IMG/VR virus record: IMGVR_UViG_3300030117_004591
Span: 1-50,384 of that record
Source: a virus
Taxonomy: Duplodnaviria; Caudoviricetes
DNA length: 50,384 nt
Strand: one strand, 5' to 3'
A model generated the notes under the pieces. That model was not told where the DNA came from. It worked only from the letters and a program-made list of their open reading frames with translations, and searched no databases. Of the stretch, positions 28,612 through 36,176 are shown piece by piece. Each line of letters opens with the position of its first letter. Position 1 is the first letter of the stretch. The position numbers and the translations under genes were made by a program.

Positions 28612-28838
28612 ATTATCACTCCTAGATAGACCTAGCCCTGAGGAGCTAGTAAAGATTTTAACTTCTGAACTTCATCTTAGACCAGTAATTTCTCCCATAT
28701 CCTAGATTTATATCAGAGTCAGTTTTATCGGTTATTGGGGACAATCTAAATCTCTATATGAGTTAGCAACCCAACTTCTGATCCATTACACCCTTGCTAA
28801 GGTCACATGGATGATATTCTTAAGAATACCGATAAGCT

Positions 28839-28868
28839 AATATAATAGATAAAATATCAAAATACCAA
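28839..28868 (-). promoter_or_regulatory. Sigma70-like leftward promoter candidate (TTGGTA-18-TATATT)
   Basis: Located about 230 nt upstream of the first minus-strand gene. It has the same CTTG...TTATATT pattern as 34904-34933. Confidence 0.45.
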
Positions 28869-28921
28869 GAGGTTTTAAAAATTATGTAATTTTAGTGTGT
28901 GGTGTTATATAGTAGTAGTAC

Positions 28922-28958
28922 CCCTTTAAAAGGGATTATCAGTAACGTAATTACGTTA
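28922..28958. promoter_or_regulatory. Two adjacent palindromes at the strand-divergence point
   Basis: CCCTTT-A-AAAGGG (28922-28934) and a perfect 16-bp palindrome TAACGTAATTACGTTA (28943-28958). Confidence 0.6.
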
Positions 28959-29018
28959 TTTTTCATTTGTATTAAATATTGATTTAGTATTTTTAAATTA
29001 ATATAGGAGTAACATATT

Positions 29019-29282
29019 ATGCTATTATTTTCACTTGATCAGTTGACCAGTGAGCAACAAGCCATTGACATAGCGGATAGACTTGTCGATGAGGCAATAG
29101 AGGCTAGTACAGCTCAACGTAACAAGCGTAGAAAGATAAGGGCTGTCGAAGCTAAGATAAAGCGTGTACAAAAGAAATGTCTTGTAATGCAATGGTCTAA
29201 GCCTATCGAAAAGCTTAAGAGATCGTTTGAAATGCTTGAAGAAATGCGTGGTGAGCTTGATGTGCAAATGTGGGGAATATAG
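29019..29282 (+). CDS. Hypothetical protein, first early gene
   Basis: AGGAG RBS; 87 aa, helical. Confidence 0.8.
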   Translation: MLLFSLDQLTSEQQAIDIADRLVDEAIEASTAQRNKRRKIRAVEAKIKRVQKKCLVMQWSKPIEKLKRSFEMLEEMRGELDVQMWGI

Positions 29283-29294
29283 ATTATTCATAGC

Positions 29295-29331
29295 GTGTGT
29301 GTGAGTTTAGTCGACTTGCACACACCTCCTT
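29295..29331 (+). terminator. Hairpin after the first early gene
   Basis: 12-bp stem GTGTGTGTGAGT/ACTTGCACACAC followed by CTCCTTGT. Confidence 0.5.
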
Positions 29332-29453
29332 GTATGTATACTTGTGCCGTAATAAACCACGAAAGGTGTAGTGTAATAACAACCTACGATATGTGTATGT
29401 GTGTAAGATAATATATACCAACTTATACCAAACTATAAGATTTAGTAATACAA

Positions 29454-29666
29454 AGAGTCGCAAGAGTAACTCGACTAATTAAAAAAAGTTACTGATGTGA
29501 GTACTTACAGGTCAACTTGTACCTGTCAGGAAAATGTCTAAGATAATATGCGGATAACATAGCGGTTCAATACTGTGTAACAAGTTTATAAGAGATTGAT
29601 AGTCATGTGAAGATCATATATTGCTGAGGTAATCAATGCCAAACTTTATGTGTGACACATGACTCT
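29454..29666 (+). ncRNA. Putative structured RNA with pseudoknot
   Basis: Pairings AGAGTCG/TGACTCT, AGTAACT/AGTTACT and ACAGGT/ACCTGT. The loop AACTTGT is complementary to ACAAGTT (29580). No ORF. Confidence 0.6.
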
Positions 29667-29700
29667 CTTAAAATTAACCTAAACCATAAAAGGAGAAATA

Positions 29701-29946
29701 ATGTACGAAGAGCTAACCGAATGCCCTGATTGTAAAGAGCTGGCAACAATAACCAATTCAAGTTTTAATGCATCTATAAATTGTGGATGTGGAGTAGTAG
29801 AGATAGAGACTATGATAGAGGAAGACAGGTTATATCCTGTGTATCAGCAAGTCTTTGGATCATTTATTATGACTAAGTATGAAGATAGTCGTATTAAACA
29901 TTCTGGCAGACTCAAAAGCCTAAAACATAGGAGGACCAACAAATGA
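29701..29946 (+). CDS. Zn-ribbon-like hypothetical protein
   Basis: CPDC...CGC; AAAGGAG RBS. Confidence 0.8.
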   Translation: MYEELTECPDCKELATITNSSFNASINCGCGVVEIETMIEEDRLYPVYQQVFGSFIMTKYEDSRIKHSGRLKSLKHRRTNK

Positions 29947-30401
29947 TATATGAAATACTATTTTCAGTAGCTGGTGTTCTTATAATATTATTATTTATTA
30001 TGACTGATAAGTATCGAACCCAATTGAATCGTGCAAACAAGTGGAAGTCAGATTATTTCGCAATTAAATCAGTATTAGATGATGAGCGTAATAAAGTAGA
30101 TCTAGTAGCTAGACTGGCTGGTGTAAACTTGAAAGAAGCTGAAAAAGAGGCTAGAAAGAAAGGCTTGTGGAAAGAGCCTGAGCCTTGGATAGGACATCAC
30201 CCAATGGATGTAAATGAAGAGTGGTGGAAATACGAAACACGTAAAAGATCAGATGATAGTAAACCTAAAAAAAAATCTTTTAAAGATATTGATATAGCTA
30301 AGATAGCAGCTGAGATTAAAGCTAAAAAGAAAGGTTTATGGCCAGAGCCTGAGTCTTGGAAAGACAGAAACACTGGTGCCTTAAAGAAAAAACTTAAATA
30401 A
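29943..30401 (+). CDS. Membrane-anchored protein with an internal repeat
   Basis: N-terminal TM helix; ARKKGLWKEPEPW and AKKKGLWPEPESW. Confidence 0.8.
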   Translation: MIYEILFSVAGVLIILLFIMTDKYRTQLNRANKWKSDYFAIKSVLDDERNKVDLVARLAGVNLKEAEKEARKKGLWKEPEPWIGHHPMDVNEEWWKYETRKRSDDSKPKKKSFKDIDIAKIAAEIKAKKKGLWPEPESWKDRNTGALKKKLK

Positions 30402-30432
30402 CAACGTTGTTGTTTTAGATAACAATAAAAGA

Positions 30433-30467
30433 CCACCTTATATTATATAGCTAGTAATGTAAGGTGG
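30433..30467 (+). other. Stem-loop
   Basis: 13-bp stem CCACCTTATATTA/TAATGTAAGGTGG; no U-tract. Confidence 0.6.
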
Positions 30468-30493
30468 CACAGTAAATGATGAATGAATGATGT

Positions 30494-30948
30494 AAAGGAC
30501 ACGATGAATTAGTTATCTCGTGGATAAATAAAACTAACTAAAATTAAGATGTTAATATACAAGCTCCGATGTGCGACGGTACATCTCGGTTATGTGTATT
30601 TTAATTGGTAATGATGTGAACGGCTTGTTTCCAAAGGCCTACATCAGCATACTTTCGGTGTTGACTGACATGTCTATTAAATGATAGAGGTGTAAGAGCG
30701 TAACTAACTTAAGTATGGCGAGTGTTGAAACTAAATAACTAAAGAGATTTGGTTACGGTATAAACTATACTATGCTTGTTGTGAGCAGTATAGATACAAT
30801 ATGGATATAGTGTCCTTTGTTGATGCATAAGTGATGCAAAGCTTATGTAAGGCAAGTTACGACAGTAATTATTGTATGTATCGTGAGGCGAAAGCCCATA
30901 ACAACTAGACATTCTGAAGGTATCTCAAGTCCTTCACCAAGCATCTTA
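30494..30948 (+). ncRNA. Large, multi-helix putative non-coding RNA (~400-450 nt)
   Basis: ORF-free, with more than ten complementary segment pairs. These include nested long-range stems and a GGC-GAAA-GCC tetraloop (see findings). Confidence 0.75.
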
Positions 30949-30977
30949 TTATTAAATAATTTAAAAAGGAGAAATGT

Positions 30978-31136
30978 ATGAAAGCAGTAAAGTTTAGACA
31001 ATTAGTGTCAAAAATAGTTATTGAAGGCAATGCACCTGATAGTATTGCAAAAGAAATATTAGAATGGGCGAAAGAAAGCAAGCCTATAGTTAATCATAAG
31101 CAGAGCTGGTCTACTTCTTATAAAGGAGGCAAGTAA
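30978..31136 (+). CDS. Small hypothetical protein (52 aa)
   Basis: AAAAGGAG RBS; MKAVKFRQLVSKIV...; TAATG overlap with the next gene. Confidence 0.8.
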   Translation: MKAVKFRQLVSKIVIEGNAPDSIAKEILEWAKESKPIVNHKQSWSTSYKGGK

Positions 31137-31369
31137 TGAGTGATGTATATAAAATATCTCAAGCATTAGAGGATATGAAGAATTATTATGGGTTAAAAGA
31201 GATAAAAAATGTGACACTCAATATGAATGATGTTGAAGATGTCCACATTACATTTGTATCTAATAAACCTACTAATAACCTATTTAATGATATGGAAGGG
31301 CTGCCAGATAAGTTGACATATGTGTTGAAACTATCTATAAATGTGGGCAGTATATTTCCAAAGGAATAG
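31136..31369 (+). CDS. Hypothetical protein (77 aa)
   Basis: AAGGAGG RBS. Confidence 0.8.
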   Translation: MSDVYKISQALEDMKNYYGLKEIKNVTLNMNDVEDVHITFVSNKPTNNLFNDMEGLPDKLTYVLKLSINVGSIFPKE

Positions 31370-31375
31370 TCAAAT

Positions 31376-31903
31376 TGGGAGAAGTTTGGCTGTTTTGGGT
31401 TATTCCATACCCTTTTCCTTTTCAGCCTTGGTTGGCTTCTCCCATATTATTAGGGGAATAGCTACTCACCTAGCGAGGTTCTTTTCTGTCTTTCATACGC
31501 TTAAGAGCAACCTACTCACACTCGATATTCCCCTATTCCATTCAATGGTGAAGTCTACCAGGTAGTTCAGACAAAAGACTGGCGGCAGGAAGGAAAAAAT
31601 TAAAGCTGAGGCGGTAGTAGTGCACACCTAGATATAGTATATACGAAATCTATATCAACAAGGGAGCTATCGTTACATGTCTCTGCCTGTGAACATAAGT
31701 AGCAGGTAGAGAAAATTTAAACTTATGACCAACGCAAGGCACCGTATCGTAAAGGCGGAATAATGTCAGGTGGTAGGGTCTATGTGCTGAGTGTAACTAG
31801 ATGATTACTGAGTGACTCGAAATAACAGATGCTTACACTATCACGGCACGGGGACGACACGAAGATCACTCATCGAGTCCACGAGATAACTGTGGTTCGT
31901 CCC
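31376..31903 (+). ncRNA. Tandem cluster of structured RNA domains
   Basis: Successive closed stems at 31376-31444, 31451-31535, 31610-31674, 31680-31727, 31784-31849 and 31851-31903. G-U pairs are consistent with the plus strand. Confidence 0.7.
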
Positions 31904-31938
31904 AAAGAATTTTATTAATTAAAATAGGAGACTACGAT

Positions 31939-32265
31939 ATGTCAGTATTAGATAATGAAGTTAAAGCAAAAATAGTAGAAACTACCTCAATTGAAGCAAA
32001 TATAACTATCAAAAAGTTATTAGATATGATTTGCAAGCATTGGGAAAAGTGTATGGATAATTATTATGTGATGGAATCAGAGCCTGAACTATCAACCGAT
32101 GATTACAGTGACAGTATTACAGTAAATCTTAATACTTCAGACAGAGTTGATTTAAATCATGTAGTAGATGACGTTAGAATGTTATTTGAAGAAGAACTTG
32201 AAGAATACATTAAGAAACAAGAAGCATTGCAGTCTGTCGAAGAAGGTGAAAGTGGCAGCCTATAA
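31939..32265 (+). CDS. Acidic hypothetical protein (108 aa)
   Basis: AGGAG RBS. Confidence 0.8.
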   Translation: MSVLDNEVKAKIVETTSIEANITIKKLLDMICKHWEKCMDNYYVMESEPELSTDDYSDSITVNLNTSDRVDLNHVVDDVRMLFEEELEEYIKKQEALQSVEEGESGSL

Positions 32266-32428
32266 ATGTTATTATTGCAACACGAAGCTCACAGATACTT
32301 TTTACGCTAACTATTATTCTTATGAATACGATACGAGTAATATGTTGTGCGGAGATGGTAACTGTTGGGCTGAGTGGATGCAAGACAATACACAAGAGTA
32401 TACCATAGAGGAGGATGAAGATGAGTAG
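32252..32428 (+). CDS. Small Zn-finger-like protein
   Basis: GTG start after AAGGTG; CYYC...CGDGNC. Confidence 0.7.
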   Translation: MAAYKCYYCNTKLTDTFYANYYSYEYDTSNMLCGDGNCWAEWMQDNTQEYTIEEDEDE

Positions 32429-32561
32429 AAAAAGTGATTTAAATGCCTTTAAAGGCTTGGTAAGAAGAATAACTAACATGATATTTGGCTATAGGCCGAG
32501 GGGGGAAGATGACAGACCAAGAAAAAGACGTAAATCTAAACGATCCAAAGCAAAGAAATAA
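32421..32561 (+). CDS. Small basic protein (46 aa)
   Basis: GAGGAGG RBS; MSRKSDLNAFKGLVRRITNMIFGY...RKRRKSKRSKAKK. Confidence 0.6.
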   Translation: MSRKSDLNAFKGLVRRITNMIFGYRPRGEDDRPRKRRKSKRSKAKK

Positions 32562-32802
32562 GTATTGGACTAAAACAGCACAAAATGTTTTACTTGGAAG
32601 AAGGATACTAAGAGTAGAATATATGCAAGATAAAGAATGCAATGACTATGGTTGGTATAAGAAACCTATAACTTTTATACTAGATAATGGCACAAGAGTT
32701 ATAGCTATGCAAGATGATGAAGGAAATGATGGTGGCGTATTGACTTGTCTTACAGAAGAAAGGGAAGAAGTGCTACCTGTATTAAGCATAGGAGATGAAT
32801 GA
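32509..32802 (+). CDS. Conserved-looking phage hypothetical protein (DDEGNDGG motif)
   Basis: ATG at 32509 after GAGGGGG. Confidence 0.8.
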   Translation: MTDQEKDVNLNDPKQRNKYWTKTAQNVLLGRRILRVEYMQDKECNDYGWYKKPITFILDNGTRVIAMQDDEGNDGGVLTCLTEEREEVLPVLSIGDE

Positions 32803-33035
32803 TGACAAATAAAAGAAATGTTTTAAGACACGCTGGATTTAAATCTATAAAAGTATCTTTCAAAACTGAAATACCTGACGAATTCTTTGACAGATACTGC
32901 ATAAAACATAGAATTAATAGAAATCTAGCTGTAGCGCAACTAAAATCAGCTGCTATTAAAGCTGCAGATGATGAAATTAACACATTATTAATGGAGGTGC
33001 AAGATGTCCACAAAATTTATGATAACAGGGAATGA
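32799..33035 (+). CDS. Hypothetical protein (78 aa)
   Basis: AGGAG RBS; overlaps the previous stop. Confidence 0.75.
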   Translation: MMTNKRNVLRHAGFKSIKVSFKTEIPDEFFDRYCIKHRINRNLAVAQLKSAAIKAADDEINTLLMEVQDVHKIYDNRE

Positions 33036-33405
33036 TTTAGTAGATGGTGAACCAGAAAATTGCCAATATTGTGCTGTAGCTCTAGCTGTAGCCAGAGATA
33101 TAGTTACTGATTTACCTAATGCAGAGAATCTAGTACCTAATATAGATGGTGACGGTAATTTTTATGTTCAAGAAAAACTTAAAGATAATGATGGATTTAT
33201 AAACTATCAAGATAAATATTATCTAGAAATGGATTATGATATTAGTTCTGAGTTATGTGATTTTATATCTTGGTTTGATGTAACAGCTCATTCTGATAAT
33301 CAAGAAGTTGCTGAAGACTTTCAAGAACATGTGGTAAGGTATGATAAAAAACCTTGGGAAATAAACTGTAAAATAGTGGAGGTAAAAGATGCTAGATGTA
33401 GCTGA
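33004..33405 (+). CDS. Hypothetical protein with CxxC
   Basis: GGAGG RBS; GEPENCQYCAVALAV. Confidence 0.8.
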   Translation: MSTKFMITGNDLVDGEPENCQYCAVALAVARDIVTDLPNAENLVPNIDGDGNFYVQEKLKDNDGFINYQDKYYLEMDYDISSELCDFISWFDVTAHSDNQEVAEDFQEHVVRYDKKPWEINCKIVEVKDARCS

Positions 33406-33676
33406 ATTATTGCAAGTAAATGCAAAAATGAAAGAGGATTTAAAAGATGTTATCGAGCAAAATATAAATCTACAGCACGAACTTGGTAGGCATGAAGCTA
33501 TAACTAAAGAATTAGATGATCTTGAAGATCAATTATACCTACTCGAAGAAGTGCCTGATGAAGATTTATGGGAAGATGGTGAATTAAAGAAAGATGAAGT
33601 CTTTGATAAAATCAACTACCATTTATTTGTTGAAGGTGATTGGAAATTAATGAGGAGGAAAACAAATGAGCTTTGA
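33389..33676 (+). CDS. Acidic coiled-coil hypothetical protein
   Basis: GGAGG RBS. Confidence 0.8.
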   Translation: MLDVAELLQVNAKMKEDLKDVIEQNINLQHELGRHEAITKELDDLEDQLYLLEEVPDEDLWEDGELKKDEVFDKINYHLFVEGDWKLMRRKTNEL

Positions 33677-33959
33677 AAAAGATGCGTTAATGCATGAAAT
33701 ACAAGACCAAGTAGACAATTTCTACAGAGATAATATAGTTATTCCAATATATTGGAGAGAACAAAATGGTAGAAAAATATATGATCTTGAATACATGCAA
33801 AGTGAGTTTGATAAACATATGGAAAAACTGTGGGATATTAACTCTAAAGAAGATTGTTATGCATGTGCCACTCAAAGACATGCTTGTGAACACGATAATT
33901 GGGAAGACTATCAATGTGGCAATGATGAGGCTCCCCGCAAAGAAGAAGGAGAATTCTAA
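33666..33959 (+). CDS. Hypothetical protein (97 aa)
   Basis: GAGGAGG RBS; IPIYW...IYDLEYMQSEF. Confidence 0.8.
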   Translation: MSFEKDALMHEIQDQVDNFYRDNIVIPIYWREQNGRKIYDLEYMQSEFDKHMEKLWDINSKEDCYACATQRHACEHDNWEDYQCGNDEAPRKEEGEF

Positions 33960-34489
33960 TGGAAAAATTACAATACATAGAGCTAGGGCCTAAAGAATCT
34001 TGGCCCAAATCATCATATGCTTCTGAAAATGGTAAAAATGAAGTAGGTGAATATGGAAATTGGTATGATTATCTTAATATAGATAGAAGAAATGAAGCTA
34101 TTAAAGGAATGAAAGCCTTGAGAGAGCAATGCCTTAGAAAAGGTACCAATATTAAGAAAATAGTTATAGAATATTCTGGATATGGAGATTCTGGTGATGA
34201 AATCTACGCTTATGTTGATAATGATGGTAAATATGAGTGGGGAGGATTCCCTGGAAACGATGAAGGCGATTGCCCTGAATTAAAGAAAACATTAGGTGAT
34301 AAAGCTGAAAATATGGTGTTTGACGCCTTATTTCAACTACTTCCTGGTGGCTGGGAAATCAATGAAGGTTCTCAAGGCCATCTGATATGGGATATTGTTA
34401 ATAATAAAGTAGAAGTTAATCACGAATGGAACGTTAGAAGTGTCGAACATGAAGATTCTGTAGCTGAGATTAGTTTTGAAGGCGTTTAA
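33959..34489 (+). CDS. DUF6878-like protein
   Basis: Motifs IEYSGYGDSG and PGGWEINEGSQG. Confidence 0.7.
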   Translation: MEKLQYIELGPKESWPKSSYASENGKNEVGEYGNWYDYLNIDRRNEAIKGMKALREQCLRKGTNIKKIVIEYSGYGDSGDEIYAYVDNDGKYEWGGFPGNDEGDCPELKKTLGDKAENMVFDALFQLLPGGWEINEGSQGHLIWDIVNNKVEVNHEWNVRSVEHEDSVAEISFEGV

Positions 34490-34835
34490 TCATTGCAAGT
34501 CTAGTAAATCTAGATTTGGAGGCAAAGAAGAAGACTATCATGCTATACATGCTTGGTTTGATGAATCTAAAGCACATGTGCCAGACATCAGACATAGAAT
34601 GTTAAGGCATCATAGTCAAGGGATAGAAGAATGCGAGAAAACCTTTGGTATATATCTGCAAAATAGCGATGGAAAAAAAGTGCCAGTGAAATCTATAGCG
34701 GAGCAGCACATACTGGAAGACCTAGGGTTTATTCCTACATTACAAGACTGGATATCTAATATCTATATAAAATCTTGGATGAATCACGGACAAGGAAAAC
34801 GTGGTGCAAGGAACAAAAAATTGAATCTGGCGTGA
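34476..34835 (+). CDS. DUF6915-like protein (His-rich)
   Basis: H..SS..RFGG..EDY..IH.WFDESK....RHR..RHH..GI..CE..FG...VPV..IAEQH..EDLGFIP...DW. Confidence 0.8.
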   Translation: MKAFNHCKSSKSRFGGKEEDYHAIHAWFDESKAHVPDIRHRMLRHHSQGIEECEKTFGIYLQNSDGKKVPVKSIAEQHILEDLGFIPTLQDWISNIYIKSWMNHGQGKRGARNKKLNLA

Positions 34836-34849
34836 TTCTATCGTGGTCT

Positions 34850-34901
34850 AAGAGAGCTGGAATTATAACACACAAGTAGCTTATTATTCTAGCTCTCTTT
34901 T
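34850..34901 (+). terminator. Terminator-like stem-loop ending the small-gene cluster
   Basis: Stem AAGAGAGCTGGAAT/ATTCTAGCTCTCTT followed by T residues. Confidence 0.65.
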
Positions 34902-34904
34902 CCC

Positions 34905-34933
34905 TTGTTTGTATCAGAATCTATCCTTATATT
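34905..34933 (+). promoter_or_regulatory. Sigma70-like promoter candidate for the replication operon (TTGTTT-17-TATATT)
   Basis: Directly after the terminator; 17-nt spacer. Confidence 0.55.
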
Positions 34934-34966
34934 GTGAAGCAAGTTTATTATAAAATAGAGGGAAAT

Positions 34967-35125
34967 ATGCCTACAAATTCTGAAATCGATGATGCTGTAA
35001 TCAAGACTTATTTAGAAATATATTTGAATGCTTTAAATGAACAAAAGTCATATAAATATATAAATATAATTAAGTCTAGAATACAAGAGCTGCTTCAGAA
35101 ACGAATGTACATTTTATCAAAATAA
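34967..35125 (+). CDS. Small hypothetical protein (52 aa)
   Basis: ATG at 34967 after GAGGG; preferred over the track's GTG at 34934. Confidence 0.65.
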   Translation: MPTNSEIDDAVIKTYLEIYLNALNEQKSYKYINIIKSRIQELLQKRMYILSK

Positions 35126-35138
35126 ATAAGGAGAATCC

Positions 35139-35600
35139 ATGGAAGAGAAAGAAATTCCACAAGGGGATAGTGCCCCCAAAATCGTACCAATAAGAAATGA
35201 AAAATGGATGTCAGATAATATAGAAAAGCTAGCAGATGCTCTGTCAAGAGCACAATCAGAAATGAAAGGTGCGCAAAAGAAGTCTACCAATCCTTTCTTT
35301 AAATCTAGCTATGCTGATCTACATACATGTATTGAAGCATCCTTTCCACATCTTACCAAACACGGATTATCTGTGATACAAGGTAATGATGTAGATGAAA
35401 GAGGAAGTTTTTATGTCACAACTATGTTACTACATAGCTCTGGACAATGGATAAAATCTAAATTGAAAATGCCTATAACAAAAGCTGATGCACAAGGTGT
35501 AGGAGCTACTATAACATATGCACGTAGATTTGCTTTATGTGCAATGGTAGGTATTTCTCAGTATGACGATGACGGTGAATCAATAACTAATCATAAATAA
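35139..35600 (+). CDS. erf: ERF-family ssDNA annealing protein
   Basis: Motifs NPFFKSSYADL, TMLLHSSGQWI and QGVGATITYARRFAL...GI...DDDG. Confidence 0.95.
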   Translation: MEEKEIPQGDSAPKIVPIRNEKWMSDNIEKLADALSRAQSEMKGAQKKSTNPFFKSSYADLHTCIEASFPHLTKHGLSVIQGNDVDERGSFYVTTMLLHSSGQWIKSKLKMPITKADAQGVGATITYARRFALCAMVGISQYDDDGESITNHK

Positions 35601-35610
35601 GGAGAAAAAG

Positions 35611-36165
35611 ATGGCCATAAAAACAATGCAAGCAGGTGGTGGCGGAGGTGAAAAGTTCGCTGAAGGATGGCACGAAGTGTCTATATCTAAAGCTGAAACT
35701 GGAACTTACGGCACTGGTGATGCAGAAAAAGCATATATTGAAATAAATATGCAAGATTATCCTGATAATATGAGTTTTAGAGTGTATGAAACATTCAATA
35801 AAACTACTAATGAGGAGTTTAAAGTTGCTAATTTATTCAAACATGCTAACGCTGGTATTGTTGGAGTATTGAAAGACCCTAATGGCAAGAACCCATTAAT
35901 TCAATATGATGACGATCCAAAGAATCTTGTAGGTAAAACTATTCAAGTTTATATCTATAAAGAACAAAAGACTGGTAACGGATATAGTAGAGTATTTGAT
36001 ACTGTCGCCCCTGTAACACAGGAAGGTGAGCACATATCATATACACCTGAACAAGTTGCTAGTATCAAGAATAGTATTTTCAAGCAAGTAGAAAAGAAAA
36101 TGGAAGCAGAAGCTAAGTCAGCACCTGCAACTACTGGATTATCTGCTGAAGAAATACCCTTCTAA
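35611..36165 (+). CDS. Probable single-stranded DNA-binding protein
   Basis: OB-fold-like pattern (EGWHEVSI, LVGKTIQV), acidic C-terminal EEIPF tip, adjacent to erf. Confidence 0.7.
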   Translation: MAIKTMQAGGGGGEKFAEGWHEVSISKAETGTYGTGDAEKAYIEINMQDYPDNMSFRVYETFNKTTNEEFKVANLFKHANAGIVGVLKDPNGKNPLIQYDDDPKNLVGKTIQVYIYKEQKTGNGYSRVFDTVAPVTQEGEHISYTPEQVASIKNSIFKQVEKKMEAEAKSAPATTGLSAEEIPF

Positions 36166-36176
36166 ATAAAAAACTG

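Noticed and set aside
29558-29577. tRNA gene (GGTTCAAT)
   Set aside because: No cloverleaf can be built around it.
30905-30940. tRNA or tmRNA 3' end (stem-loop + ACCA)
   Set aside because: There is no canonical TTCRA T-loop, acceptor stem or tmRNA 5' end. Kept only as part of the larger RNA.
31341-31565. 74-aa ORF across the stem-loops
   Set aside because: No RBS, and it overlaps strongly paired elements. A non-coding reading fits better, though translation is not excluded.
29290-31920. CRISPR or mini-array
   Set aside because: No regularly spaced direct repeats; only short duplications such as ATACCAA and TAAGATAATAT.
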